Shown here: in pieces, positions 9,433-19,077 of the stretch
How the letters are laid out: every line of letters begins with the position of its first letter
Position numbering within the stretch: position 1 is the first letter of the stretch
DNA from: Candidatus Thorarchaeota archaeon
Lineage (GTDB): Archaea > Asgardarchaeota > Thorarchaeia > Thorarchaeales > Thorarchaeaceae
Direction of reading: 5' to 3'
DNA length: 34,299 nt
Assembly (NCBI GenBank): GCA_003345595.1
Contig: PRDI01000022.1
Location: 1 to 34,299 of the forward strand
Notes under the pieces: model-generated
Told to the model about the DNA's origin: nothing
Database searches by the model: none
The model's input: the letters and a program-made list of their open reading frames with translations, nothing else
Program-made: the position numbers and the translations under genes

Positions 9433-10125
9433 GTGCAAGAGTCGCAGGGATTATTCGAGATCCTAATACTGATTATGACTAGAGGCCTCCCTACGGCTCT
9501 TGCTCTCACATTTCTTTCTTTGTTGATTGGATTCTTGGTAGGGATTGGACTTGCCTTGATGCGTGTATATGGTCCGATTGAACTGCGATGGATCTCATCA
9601 GGCTATGAGAAGATATTCCGAGGGATTCCTCTGCTTGTCCTTCTCTTCATATTTGCTATTGGATTGTTGAGGCTCTTCTTATGGACAGGCTCTCTGTTCA
9701 ATGCATTATTCACTGCTTCCATTTTTGCCCTTGCCTTAAGGAGTGCAGCATATCAGTCTGAGATATTCCGTGGCGCGATAATGTCTGTCGATCCCGGTCA
9801 GATGATGGCCGCGCGATCATTAGGAATGACTGACTATCAAGCAACTCGGAAGATTATCCTGCCACAGGCACTGCGACTCTCCGTACCGGGGTGGACAAAT
9901 GAATATGCAGTCGTCATCAAAGACACGTCATTGGTTAGCGCAATCGGCGTTCCTGAACTGATATATCATGGCATGGCATTTAGCTGGACCTATCCAGCAC
10001 TCTTTCTTGGAATCATCACTGTGACTTCAATCATCTATTTCCTCTTTACCTATCCTGTCACAAAATACGTCGGGGAGAGTATGACTTCGAAACTCAGAAG
10101 TCTTGGACTAGGCGGCGGCAGATAA
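9433..10125 (+). CDS. Amino acid ABC transporter permease
   Basis: [31 protein letters not shown] and IKDTSL motifs. Confidence 0.94.
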   Translation: MQESQGLFEILILIMTRGLPTALALTFLSLLIGFLVGIGLALMRVYGPIELRWISSGYEKIFRGIPLLVLLFIFAIGLLRLFLWTGSLFNALFTASIFALALRSAAYQSEIFRGAIMSVDPGQMMAARSLGMTDYQATRKIILPQALRLSVPGWTNEYAVVIKDTSLVSAIGVPELIYHGMAFSWTYPALFLGIITVTSIIYFLFTYPVTKYVGESMTSKLRSLGLGGGR

Positions 10126-10889
10126 TGGTAGCAGTCCTAGAAGTACGAGACATATGGAAAGCGTATGACACACTTGAGGTGCTAAAAGGGATATCCTTTG
10201 ATGTGCAGAAAGGAGAGGTGAAGGTGATCTTTGGACCGAGTGGATCGGGCAAGAGCACTCTCTTAAGAGTCATCAACATGCTGACCCCTCCCGACAAAGG
10301 AGAGGTATTCCTTTGCGGGCAAAGCTTGATGGACAGTAAGGCAGATCTCTGTAAATTGCGGACCCGTATTGGCTTTGTTTTCCAGAACTTCAATCTCTTT
10401 GCACATCTGAAGGCAATAGACAACGTCAGTATAGGACCTCGCTTGGTGCTTGGCATGACAAAGGAAGAGGCAAATGACGCGGCACACAGGGCTCTAGAGA
10501 AAGTCCACATGAGTAACTGGAGCCATCACTATCCAGCTCAGCTCAGTGGAGGACAACAACAACGTGTGGGAATTGCCCGGTCAATAGCAATGAATCCCGA
10601 AGTGATCTTGTTTGATGAGCCAACTTCTGCACTTGACCCAGAGTTGATTGGCGAAGTGCTGCAAGTCATGCTCGATCTTGCCCAGGAAGGAACAACCATG
10701 GTCGTCGTGACGCACGAAATGGGATTTGCGCGTGCTGTTTCAAGTGAAATGATCTTCATGGATAAGGGCGTTGTCGTTGAGAAAGGTACGCCCCAACATT
10801 TCTTCCAGGATGCCCAATCTGAGAGAGCAAAACACTTCCTCAGAAAGTTGGAAGTCTTGTATGGACAGAGCGAGACTGAGAAAACCTGA
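10125..10889 (+). CDS. Amino acid ABC transporter ATP-binding protein (GlnQ-like)
   Basis: [29 protein letters not shown] and VTHEMGFAR motifs. Confidence 0.96.
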   Translation: MVAVLEVRDIWKAYDTLEVLKGISFDVQKGEVKVIFGPSGSGKSTLLRVINMLTPPDKGEVFLCGQSLMDSKADLCKLRTRIGFVFQNFNLFAHLKAIDNVSIGPRLVLGMTKEEANDAAHRALEKVHMSNWSHHYPAQLSGGQQQRVGIARSIAMNPEVILFDEPTSALDPELIGEVLQVMLDLAQEGTTMVVVTHEMGFARAVSSEMIFMDKGVVVEKGTPQHFFQDAQSERAKHFLRKLEVLYGQSETEKT

Positions 10890-10907
10890 GTAGCCGGAGG
10901 AATTCAA

Positions 10908-11651
10908 TTGAGAACGGCACCACCGACCTGTTTCTTCGAAATGGTGGGGATAGGAGAATACTATCCTGACTTGGTCAGTGGTTTTTCCATGACAATGGGG
11001 CTGTATTTGTTTGCTCTCTTTCTGGGACTGGGTCTCGGAATAGTATTGGCCATTTCTCGACACTATGGGGGTCCCATAGTGACTAGGATATCTACAGGAT
11101 TCATTGAGATTATGAGAGGCACACCCCTGCTGGCCCAGATTCTTCTTATCACTATACTCCCCTATGCACTTAGCATACCGGCCGAATACACGTCGTGGCA
11201 GATCATAGTTCCTGACATTTACGGAATTGAACGTGTTGTTCTGAACACTAGAATTCTGCTGTGTGCACTTGCCTTAGGCCTAAATAGTGCAGCATACCAG
11301 GCGGAGTACTTCCGTGGTGCTCTTTCGTCTCTATCTGCTGGTCAAACACTTGCAGCTCAGTCAATTGGCATGACTAAGCGCCAGGAAATCAGACACATAG
11401 CACTGCCTCAAAGCCTCAGACGCGCGATACCTGCATGGTCGAATGAAGCAGTCTATCTTCCTATATATACCAGTGTCGCCTACATTGTGGGCGTTCCTGA
11501 ATTTCTAAGTGCAGCCACACTGGTAGTTGCACGTACGTATGAGGCACTCCTAGTGTATTTCATTACTGCGGTCATATTCCTGGTCTTGGTAAGTTTCATC
11601 ACATTGTTGTTGAACCGCATCTATGAACGTATCAGGATTCCCGGAGTCTAG
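10908..11651 (+). CDS. Amino acid ABC transporter permease
   Basis: RGTPLLAQ, NSAAYQAEYFRG and PQSLRR motifs; GGAGG before TTG. Confidence 0.93.
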   Translation: MRTAPPTCFFEMVGIGEYYPDLVSGFSMTMGLYLFALFLGLGLGIVLAISRHYGGPIVTRISTGFIEIMRGTPLLAQILLITILPYALSIPAEYTSWQIIVPDIYGIERVVLNTRILLCALALGLNSAAYQAEYFRGALSSLSAGQTLAAQSIGMTKRQEIRHIALPQSLRRAIPAWSNEAVYLPIYTSVAYIVGVPEFLSAATLVVARTYEALLVYFITAVIFLVLVSFITLLLNRIYERIRIPGV

Positions 11652-11770
11652 TGAGAGAGGACCAGTTGCTCCTTTTCCCCGTACCATTCATGCTGGCATG
11701 GCCGAGTCAGGACAAACATCTGTGGTGCACCAACGCCGGGCTCAGCAATCCGTTCCTCGGCCTAGGTCCT

Positions 11771-12196
11771 CTAGACAAGAGGTGGTGATTCCTCAACCCG
11801 ATGAGCCTCCTTGGCAATCGTCGCTTCTACTTGGAAGGCCAGAGCACCCGCGACAAACAAGCTCGATGTGGATATTACCCAGACGTTCCAAGCCAGAGGC
11901 CACTCGACAAAGGGAAAGGAGCGTTGTGGTCCAAGAACAAGGCTCACGAATGCGGCGATCAGGTATGCCAAGCCAGACCAGCAACCTACGCCTTTCTCGA
12001 TGACACGCCGCCCAGATATGACTTGTCTGTGCAATCTAGAGAGCAAAACAAGAAATACCGCGGCCAGTAGGATGACAACAACCAGTGAGATGCCTGTCCC
12101 CAGAAGAGTTGCAAGACCTACAGAGACAGTTGTTTCCAAGAGTAGCACTAGAGGAACGACGGTTGCCACTACCGTGTCTGCCACTCTCTTTGACAA
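11771..12196 (-). CDS. Hypothetical membrane protein (about 4 TM)
   Basis: Hydrophobic ORF; start reset to TTG 12196, downstream of a TTTATA box, to avoid overlap with the methyltransferase. Confidence 0.6.
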   Translation of the reverse strand: MSKRVADTVVATVVPLVLLLETTVSVGLATLLGTGISLVVVILLAAVFLVLLSRLHRQVISGRRVIEKGVGCWSGLAYLIAAFVSLVLGPQRSFPFVEWPLAWNVWVISTSSLFVAGALAFQVEATIAKEAHRVEESPPLV

Positions 12197-12284
12197 TGTA
12201 ATCACACACTCATTGTCCAAACACACTTCGGCGCTATAAACAGGGACCCGAGGCGCCGATGCAAGCGTCAGCAGACCAATTCGC

Positions 12285-13118
12285 TCATGCAGGCTTCGTG
12301 CCGACGCAGAGGACGGCTCCTGCGTAACCTTTTGTTTCACGATTCCGCATCAAAACATCCTTCAGTCGTCCTATAGGCATCATTCGTCGTCGGAATTTGC
12401 CGTTTCTCGCCATGTCCCATGCGACTCGACCAATCATTCGGAGCAGTTTCCAAGTTCCTCCTACTACATCCTCGATTTCACGGATTCTATATTTGTAGTC
12501 CACTATCTCCTGGCCTGTATTCTCCAGACCCGCCTCAGCGAAGTACGTCTTCCATTGAGACATCGTGGGAATCTTCAGCGGTAGTCCAACTGCCTGTTCG
12601 AACCCTTCCAGTACTCTCTCAATCTTCGGTTTCACCTCTGGGGGTATCTCGTCTGCGAGGAAGAGCTCATTCACTCCGAGCTTTCCGCCGGGACGGAGAA
12701 CCCTTGCGAACTCGTGAAAGGCACGGGGCTTCTCCAGAAAGACCGACACGAACTCGGTCATCAACACATCAAACTCAGCATCACCGAAGTCCAGCTTGTA
12801 CGCATCCCCTTGCTGAAACTCGACGCGGTCTTCGACGCCCCACTCGGCGACTCTCTTCCGGGCCTTCTCGACCATGCTGGGCGAGATGTCCACTCCTATC
12901 AGATGGCAGCCGGTGTTCATCGCAATCCTGCACGCACTGTATCCGGTACCGCAACCCACAACGAGCACCCGGGTGTTGTTGTCTATTTCGAGCAACTCGG
13001 TAATCCGGTCAGACGCACCTAGACCACCCCAATGGAAGTACGGTATGCCCATTGTTGCTGCGTAGTCGTAATAACCCATTTCATCCAGATTTCGACGGTC
13101 CCGCACCTCGTACACCAC
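12285..13118 (-). CDS. Class I SAM-dependent methyltransferase
   Basis: VLVVGCGTG, GVDIS, GDA..L.F.D..FD and RVLRPGG motifs. Confidence 0.93.
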   Translation of the reverse strand: MVYEVRDRRNLDEMGYYDYAATMGIPYFHWGGLGASDRITELLEIDNNTRVLVVGCGTGYSACRIAMNTGCHLIGVDISPSMVEKARKRVAEWGVEDRVEFQQGDAYKLDFGDAEFDVLMTEFVSVFLEKPRAFHEFARVLRPGGKLGVNELFLADEIPPEVKPKIERVLEGFEQAVGLPLKIPTMSQWKTYFAEAGLENTGQEIVDYKYRIREIEDVVGGTWKLLRMIGRVAWDMARNGKFRRRMMPIGRLKDVLMRNRETKGYAGAVLCVGTKPA

Positions 13119-13270
13119 ACTCGAAGCCTACACTATGACCTCGCCCTCTATCGAATTCTCTTATAGGTTTCCTTCAGCGCTTGCTTATCTGACGTTCAGG
13201 CCAGAGGGACAGCAGGTATGCTGATACTGTATGATGATTCCGTCTGCACCGTCCCTATTCCAGGCGCGTC

Positions 13271-14473
13271 CTACCTGGCCCTGTGGTACGGGTCTGTCTC
13301 GCCGATTGAGCGATACATTGCCGTGTGCAGAGCAACGTTCCTTGGGTCCGTAAGAGCGGTGCCCATCCCGTTGAGGACATACCCGTATCCTATCTCGGCT
13401 TGCGGGTCGGCAAATCCAAATGAACCTCCTGTCCCTGCCATCCCGAACGAGCTAGGAGAACCGTAGGGGTTCTTCGGAGAGGGCTTCATGAAGCCGAGTG
13501 AAAATGGTATCTCTACTTTCAGGAGCCGATCTCGGAATCCGTGCAGTGGTGCGACAGGTGGTGTCATTAGCTGCCGGAGTGTTTCCTCTCTCAGCCCAAG
13601 CTCTTTTCCGCCCGTCGCAAAGACGCTGTATGCATGAGCAAGGGCGCGAGCCGTTCCTACACCCCCTCCCGATGGGACTTCGAAATTCCTAGCATAGACA
13701 TGGTCTTTGTCCAAGGAATGCTCACTCCCCAACAGCGCTCTGCGGAATGCCGAACGCGGGTTCATCACCGCGAGAACCAAGGATACCGGCATGCCGCGCA
13801 TAGCCGAAAAGCCGACGTTTGCTGCTCGAAGGGTGGCCAGCCTAGTATCCGGAATCTCTTCGGGAAGTCGAATGTAGAAGTCGAGCCCGAGCGGAGTGGC
13901 AATCTCATCCTGAAAGTACTGCCCTATGCTGCGGCCTTTGGGGTCGACCCGACGCAAGATTTCGCTTTGGAAGTATCCAAGGGTAATGGCGTGGTAACCC
14001 TGCTGCGTTCCTGGCTCCCAAGCCGGTTTCTGCCGCGCTAGGACTACCGCCAGGCGGTCGAGGTCTGCTAAGATGTCCCTGTCACCCTGTTCCTCGAAAT
14101 AGAAGAGACCCGCCTGGTGTGCCAGCAGTTCCCGGATGGTGATCTTGTCCTTGCCCTGCTGGGCAAACTCGGGCCAGTACTTTGAAACACGCTCGTCGTA
14201 GTCAAACAGCCCCCGTGAATGAGCAAGCGCCATGGCCAGACCGGCCATTCCCTTCGTGGTCGACCACACGATCACCATGGTGTCCTCTTCCCAAGGCTCT
14301 CCAGTGGCCTCGTTCCTGACGCCGCCCCATAGGTCGACTACCTTCTCCCCCTGGTGGTAGACACAACAGGCGGCACCAAGCTCATTGCGGCGCTCGAAGT
14401 TCTGAGCAAAGGCTTCCTGCACATCTTCGAAACCCGGCTTGACAAAACCTGATATCGCACTGCTCTTGGTCAT
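13271..14473 (-). CDS. Serine hydrolase, beta-lactamase / class C-like esterase family
   Basis: SxxK (WSTTK), LLAHQAGL, YHA and FGMAGTGGSFGFADP motifs. Confidence 0.93.
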   Translation of the reverse strand: MTKSSAISGFVKPGFEDVQEAFAQNFERRNELGAACCVYHQGEKVVDLWGGVRNEATGEPWEEDTMVIVWSTTKGMAGLAMALAHSRGLFDYDERVSKYWPEFAQQGKDKITIRELLAHQAGLFYFEEQGDRDILADLDRLAVVLARQKPAWEPGTQQGYHAITLGYFQSEILRRVDPKGRSIGQYFQDEIATPLGLDFYIRLPEEIPDTRLATLRAANVGFSAMRGMPVSLVLAVMNPRSAFRRALLGSEHSLDKDHVYARNFEVPSGGGVGTARALAHAYSVFATGGKELGLREETLRQLMTPPVAPLHGFRDRLLKVEIPFSLGFMKPSPKNPYGSPSSFGMAGTGGSFGFADPQAEIGYGYVLNGMGTALTDPRNVALHTAMYRSIGETDPYHRAR

Positions 14474-14570
14474 TTCAGTTCACCTTGGACTGCGTTCGCT
14501 TCACCGCGGCACTTCGAGCCTGAATCCAATCGGAGTGCTCGTCGTCGCTCAGAATCATGAGAACCCACCG

Positions 14571-14584
14571 TATATTATAAATAA
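14571..14584. promoter_or_regulatory. Bidirectional TATA-like element between divergent genes
   Basis: tatattataaataa in a GC-balanced intergenic region. Confidence 0.55.
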
Positions 14585-14683
14585 CGCGGGAACCTGATTT
14601 CCAAGACTAGGAACTTTGGTGTTCGCAGAAGGGACAAAGTGCTCTCGCACTTCTGATGTTCTCATGATTGAGAATGAGGTTCA

Positions 14684-15517
14684 TTGTTTATGACTTCGCG
14701 AAGGCAGGACTCAGATGTGAAGCCCGAAGAGCCGGCAGGTGCTGTTTCTTTCAGGGAAATAACCCGCAGATCCATCTGGCCCGTAGAACTTCTCAATAAC
14801 GTCGCACCAAAACACCGTATCTATGGACTGGTTGAGGTCGATGTGACCAAGGCCCGCAGGTTCATCTCAGAGAATGAAGCGAAGACCGGGGAGAAGCTGT
14901 CCTTCACAGCTTGGGTGACAAAGTGTGTTGCTCAAGCCGTCAGCGAGCATAAAGAAGTCCAAGCCTTCAAGAAAGGGAAAAAGAAGCTCATTGTCTTCGA
15001 TGACGTCGACGTTGGCCTGATCATAGAACGGCAGATGGAATCAGTGAGGGCCGCCATCCCATACACTGTGAGGAAGGCGAATGAGAAGAGCTTCAGGCAG
15101 ATTCATGATGAGATTCGCCGAGCACAAAGCCCCAGTGCACCCGTCGGATTTGGTGAAGAACTTCCTAGGTCAGTCCGCGTCTTTCTCCGCCTGCCAGGCC
15201 TCCTGAGGAAGCCTTTCTGGTGGAAGATCAATTCGGACCCATTCATGAAGAAGCGCTTCTTGGGCACTGTCGCTGTCACAGCAGTGGGCATGTTCGGGAG
15301 GGGCGGGGGATGGGCCATTCCAGTCGGTCTGCACCCAGTCGTGTTCGCATTGGGTGGAATCGCTAGCAGACCAAGGGATTTAGCTAACACAGCAGACATT
15401 GGCGAATACCTCAGCATGACTGTGATGTTCGATGAAGAGGTGTCTCTTGGTGCCCCCGCGACGAGGTTTACTGCCAGACTCTTGGAACTCATGCAGTCTG
15501 GCTTTGGACTCGAATGA
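14684..15517 (+). CDS. Stand-alone 2-oxoacid dehydrogenase E2-like acyltransferase domain (catalytic motif altered)
   Basis: EVDVT, LSFTAW, GTVAVTAVG, LGGI and GAPATRF; no lipoyl domain; DEEVSLG in place of DHxxxDG. Confidence 0.85.
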   Translation: MFMTSRRQDSDVKPEEPAGAVSFREITRRSIWPVELLNNVAPKHRIYGLVEVDVTKARRFISENEAKTGEKLSFTAWVTKCVAQAVSEHKEVQAFKKGKKKLIVFDDVDVGLIIERQMESVRAAIPYTVRKANEKSFRQIHDEIRRAQSPSAPVGFGEELPRSVRVFLRLPGLLRKPFWWKINSDPFMKKRFLGTVAVTAVGMFGRGGGWAIPVGLHPVVFALGGIASRPRDLANTADIGEYLSMTVMFDEEVSLGAPATRFTARLLELMQSGFGLE

Positions 15518-15601
15518 GTGCCAGTGTGGAGCTGTTTGGAAAGGAGTCATCCAGTAGAGCTGCGCCTTCATTTCAGAAGCACGTCTTAGACCGCCCAGAC
15601 C

Positions 15602-16249
15602 CTAGTTGGGCATTGCTGCCGTTAACTGAGCCTGGCTTTTTTCCACACGCCAGAGGACAATGGCGAGCACCGCAGCCCATAGCATGTAGCCATAGACCAT
15701 AATGCGCTCCACAAGCCCTACCCACGGCGTAGGCTGTCCTGCCTCAACTTGGGCCACGCCGAGGAAGGGCAAAATACCCAACACGAGATACATCAAGACC
15801 GTCCCAATCGAGTAGAGGCGGAACTGCTTTCCGAATGCAGTAGCTGCGAATCCTATCATCAGCAGAATGAAGAGCACAGTCACAGCCGCGATGATCTGAT
15901 GTATGGTGTCAGTGAGCGTTGCCTCGGCCCCAATTGGGTGCATTGGAAAGAACAACACCCCCACCAAGCCGACTACCGCATATCCCGCCAGCAGGCCTCC
16001 CGTGAAGCGCAGGACGGGCTTTCGACTAGCTGCTACCCAGACGCCTGATGCGAACGCAATCACAAGCACATCATGCATGAGGTAAAGCGGAACGACCAGC
16101 GACCTTGAGGGAGCACCGATAGCGCCCAGCTCACTGATATATTGAGAGGCGAAGTCATAGCCCTCGTATGATAGCCCTCCGATTATGTCAGTACCGACAT
16201 AGAGCAGCGAAGAGAGGATGCCGCAGATGAGTAGGACCTTTCGTGACAT
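15602..16249 (-). CDS. DUF998-like membrane protein
   Basis: Start reset to MSRKVLLICG; YISELGAIGAP, FPMH, H and GLVER motifs. Confidence 0.8.
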   Translation of the reverse strand: MSRKVLLICGILSSLLYVGTDIIGGLSYEGYDFASQYISELGAIGAPSRSLVVPLYLMHDVLVIAFASGVWVAASRKPVLRFTGGLLAGYAVVGLVGVLFFPMHPIGAEATLTDTIHQIIAAVTVLFILLMIGFAATAFGKQFRLYSIGTVLMYLVLGILPFLGVAQVEAGQPTPWVGLVERIMVYGYMLWAAVLAIVLWRVEKSQAQLTAAMPN

Positions 16250-16462
16250 GCTTGCACTCCTTATCTGGGTGTGCTCTAGAACACATCTCTGGCAATTAAG
16301 TTTCATTCCCGGTGCCGGATTAGCTATCGCACAGGTGAACGACAGAGCTGGGTCGAGGGAAACCTGCAGTCGCCGAAAAGGCCCATCATATTTGGAACTC
16401 ATAATCCTCATTAGAGAGTCTGTCTTGATTCGTACTTCCTGAACAGAGTATCGGTGAAATGA

Positions 16463-16771
16463 ATGGCAGACATCGAAACATGGGCGACGGATTCTTTCGA
16501 GGCAAAGTACAAAGCTCTGATGGGTGGCATGTCTGAAGCCGATCAGAAGAAGAGTGCAGTACAAGTACTACATCTCTGTCAATGCGACAAGTGTTCGACA
16601 AATACTGATATCGGAGAGATTACTGCTGTCTACTGCGCCTTGGGGAGAAAGGACAGGGGCCTCGAACGAAAGGGCTGTCTGTGCTCACATTGCGCAATAA
16701 CCAGGACGATGAGCCTACGTTGGGACTACTATTGCATAAAGGGTTCGGCAGTAGAGCTGTCAGATTTGTAG
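16463..16771 (+). CDS. DUF2769-like Cys-rich small protein
   Basis: CxCxxC...YC..G...GCLCxxC...YYC..G pattern; GGTGA Shine-Dalgarno. Confidence 0.8.
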   Translation: MADIETWATDSFEAKYKALMGGMSEADQKKSAVQVLHLCQCDKCSTNTDIGEITAVYCALGRKDRGLERKGCLCSHCAITRTMSLRWDYYCIKGSAVELSDL

Positions 16772-16775
16772 GTGG

Positions 16776-17126
16776 TTAAACCGGAGCCTGCCGTCGTGCG
16801 TTTCTCCTGCCACGATAGAGAAGACCAATCAGTGCAGACCCCGCAAGCACACCAGCGACAGCGGCCGCAGCTAGCCACTGCGGTGCATCCTCAACCATAT
16901 GCTCCCACAGATGAGTTTCCGGGTTCCACCGGTCCTTATGGATCAGCCAGTAGTCCTTGAAGTCGTATGCATGAAGAGAGCCACATCTGTACTGTCCCAA
17001 CATGCCAATTCGCGGATCGCCCCTGATGGTGGGTTTGAAGCCTGACGGGAGATTCGGAAGAAGCCTCTTGCTGAATTTGACTGGGGCATGGAAAGGAATC
17101 TTCTCGAAGTATTGCTCTAGATTGAT
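16776..17126 (-). CDS. Conserved archaeal hypothetical protein with C-terminal TM; probable non-canonical start
   Basis: Frame stays open and protein-like 5' of ATG 17003 (INLEQYFEKIPF...GDPRIGMLGQYR...HKDRWNP...HMVEDAP). Confidence 0.6.
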   Translation of the reverse strand: MNLEQYFEKIPFHAPVKFSKRLLPNLPSGFKPTIRGDPRIGMLGQYRCGSLHAYDFKDYWLIHKDRWNPETHLWEHMVEDAPQWLAAAAVAGVLAGSALIGLLYRGRRNARRQAPV

Positions 17127-17225
17127 TGCCTGTCGCCTCGATCCAACTCTGCAACCACGGTCAGACCTTATCTGCGTTCTTGTGTGGCTCAGCGATTGCC
17201 GCCACAGTTCTCAAAAGCATCCAAT

Positions 17226-17277
17226 CCCGCTGGCTCCATGACCCTGAGATTGGTCGTTCAAATCGACCCCTGCTACC
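17226..17277 (+). repeat. tRNA-iMet 3' fragment, att-like copy 5
   Basis: cccgctggctccatgaccctgagattggtcgttcaaatcgacccctgctacc. Confidence 0.92.
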
Positions 17278-17875
17278 GCATCTCCTCTTTGTCGGTTTCA
17301 TAATGAAGCAAGACATTTCCGGATTGGAAGGCCCTTGTTTCCAGAAGCCTCAGGTTGAATCTCTTGACGTCTCTGAATAGGGGTTTGCCTGTCCCTAATA
17401 TGACCGGCGTTACAATAATCAAGTATTCGTCAATCAATCTTTCAGCCGCAAGTTGCTGCACAATCGTACCACTGCCGAATATTATCATGCCCGGACCTCT
17501 ACCTTGTTTTAGCTTCCTCACTTCTTCTGGGACATTGCCCTTAACTAGCCTTGAATTCTTCCAAGTGACTTCCTTCAGTGTGTTTGAAAACACCACCTTG
17601 GTCATGTGACTTAACTCATCGGCCGTGGCCCGAGCTTCCTTGGGAGCCGTTGGATCCGCCGCGACCTTCGGCCAGTGTCTCTCAAACATCTCGTAGGTCA
17701 CGCGGCCAAATAGAATCGTATCAAGATGCATCATCTCGTGCGTCGCTTTGTCAACTTCGAGATTATGCACAGCTTTGTCAACATCGGGATCAGGCACAAA
17801 CCAATCGATCTCTCCATTCGGCCCGGCGAAAAAGCCGTCGATAGAGATGCGATTCAACATGACGATTCTTCTCAT
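17273..17875 (-). CDS. Dihydrofolate reductase-like / RibD C-terminal domain protein
   Basis: SIDGFFAGP, LFGRVTY, KVVFSNTL, GSGTIV and IDEY...PVILGTGKPLF motifs. Confidence 0.93.
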   Translation of the reverse strand: MRRIVMLNRISIDGFFAGPNGEIDWFVPDPDVDKAVHNLEVDKATHEMMHLDTILFGRVTYEMFERHWPKVAADPTAPKEARATADELSHMTKVVFSNTLKEVTWKNSRLVKGNVPEEVRKLKQGRGPGMIIFGSGTIVQQLAAERLIDEYLIIVTPVILGTGKPLFRDVKRFNLRLLETRAFQSGNVLLHYETDKEEMR

Positions 17876-18039
17876 GGTTGTTTCTCCTGTGATTGTCTCT
17901 CACGTGATTACCAAGTCAATCGTAGCCCCCGGTCCAATTCAAGATGACTGTTCACTACCTTGCGCTTAACTTGACAGGCCATACTTTATGCACCAGAGCA
18001 AGGACGGTGGTTGCTGCTTAGGCGTATTGCGGGCAATAA

Positions 18040-18295
18040 ATGGTGGGTCACTCACACAAGAAGCCTGATTAGACGGGGCGCCTGACGACTCTCCACACCC
18101 GTACCTTGCCCGGTCTTTCTGCGTCGTCTTCCGGAAGATTCAATGACACAGGAGGAGCATATCATCCAAGTCCATGGGTCGTGCGTTCGGAGGGCTCAGT
18201 AGACCGTCAGATCCTGTTCTGGGCAGGGGACTGTTGTGAGAAATGGACCGTTTCGGAGAGATGCGTCACGGTTCGGCAAGATTCGAGATGAGGAT
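18040..18295 (+). repeat. Conserved ~255-bp upstream segment, copy A
   Basis: Near-ungapped homolog at 32108-32362; about 54/67 identical at the 5' end (hand count). Confidence 0.8.
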
Positions 18296-19054
18296 ATGAA
18301 TGTGGCTATCAGTGCGCTGTTTCTCGACGAGATGCTCTTGATTGTCTTCGAACTGCTGATTCTTGCGTCGCTCAATGCGCGCACAGGTTGGGTGAGGAAG
18401 AAAGGCAGTGGCAGGCTTGTACTAATGGTCTGCACTTCAATCCTTTTGGCCTTACAGGCAGGACTTGTCTATGACCTCCAGTCTTACTATCAAGGTGAGA
18501 TCGGCTTTAAGGGCGGTTCTTGGGGCGATTTCCGACACGATGAATCCGTAGTCATCCTGCCCGGAGGAACCTACCAGACCAAGTCAATATCAAACTGGCA
18601 CACAGTGATGGACCTATACATACGGATCGAGACCGCCCCCGTCAACGCCACGTTGTACATCAGAGATGAGAACAGCCCGCAAGTGATGCGACAACTTGGT
18701 AACTACTCCTATGCCATCGTGTGTTTCAGATTACCGTACCTTTACTCTTGCCCATTTGTGATCGCGAATTGGACTGCCAATGTGCATAATCCTAGTCAGA
18801 ATGAAAGTATCGACGTTTCCATCTCAATCTTCAGGGAACCAGTAGAGGATTCGGGCTTCCTGCTGCAGGATTCAGTCGTTTCGCCTCATAACTACCCATC
18901 CATTGCCATTGTGACCCTCTGGTTCTACGCCCTTTGGACAATGCACCATGAGAGGCCGCGCAAGCCCACAAGTCACGTTCAAGTCGGCAATCAACCTGAG
19001 GACTGTGGAAGCACAGACTCTCTTTGCGCAAGAATCTCTGGGAATCTTTTATAA
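18296..19054 (+). CDS. Hypothetical membrane-anchored protein, paralog of 32363-33028
   Basis: Shared LNxRTGWV, SNW, NAT.Y..DEN, FRLPY and VIANWTAN..NPS motifs. Confidence 0.75.
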   Translation: MNVAISALFLDEMLLIVFELLILASLNARTGWVRKKGSGRLVLMVCTSILLALQAGLVYDLQSYYQGEIGFKGGSWGDFRHDESVVILPGGTYQTKSISNWHTVMDLYIRIETAPVNATLYIRDENSPQVMRQLGNYSYAIVCFRLPYLYSCPFVIANWTANVHNPSQNESIDVSISIFREPVEDSGFLLQDSVVSPHNYPSIAIVTLWFYALWTMHHERPRKPTSHVQVGNQPEDCGSTDSLCARISGNLL

Positions 19055-19055
19055 A
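19048..19055 (+). promoter_or_regulatory. TATA box of a probably leaderless hydrolase gene
   Basis: TTTATAAA ending 22 nt before ATG 19078. Confidence 0.55.
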
Positions 19056-19077
19056 ACCACGGAAGTGCCAATGAAGT

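Noticed and set aside
11652-11690. Possible very decayed repeat (tgaga...ccccgtacca) after the amino acid ABC operon
   Set aside because: Only about 10 nt match convincingly; needs a profile search.
12419-13003. 194-aa plus-strand ORF and similar antisense ORFs (18831-19448, 20818-21402)
   Set aside because: They fully overlap well-supported genes on the opposite strand and have no motifs.
17915-17960. Possible decayed repeat (gtcaatcgtag...ggtccaattcaagatgac...ctacc)
   Set aside because: Requires several gaps; not distinguishable from chance by eye.
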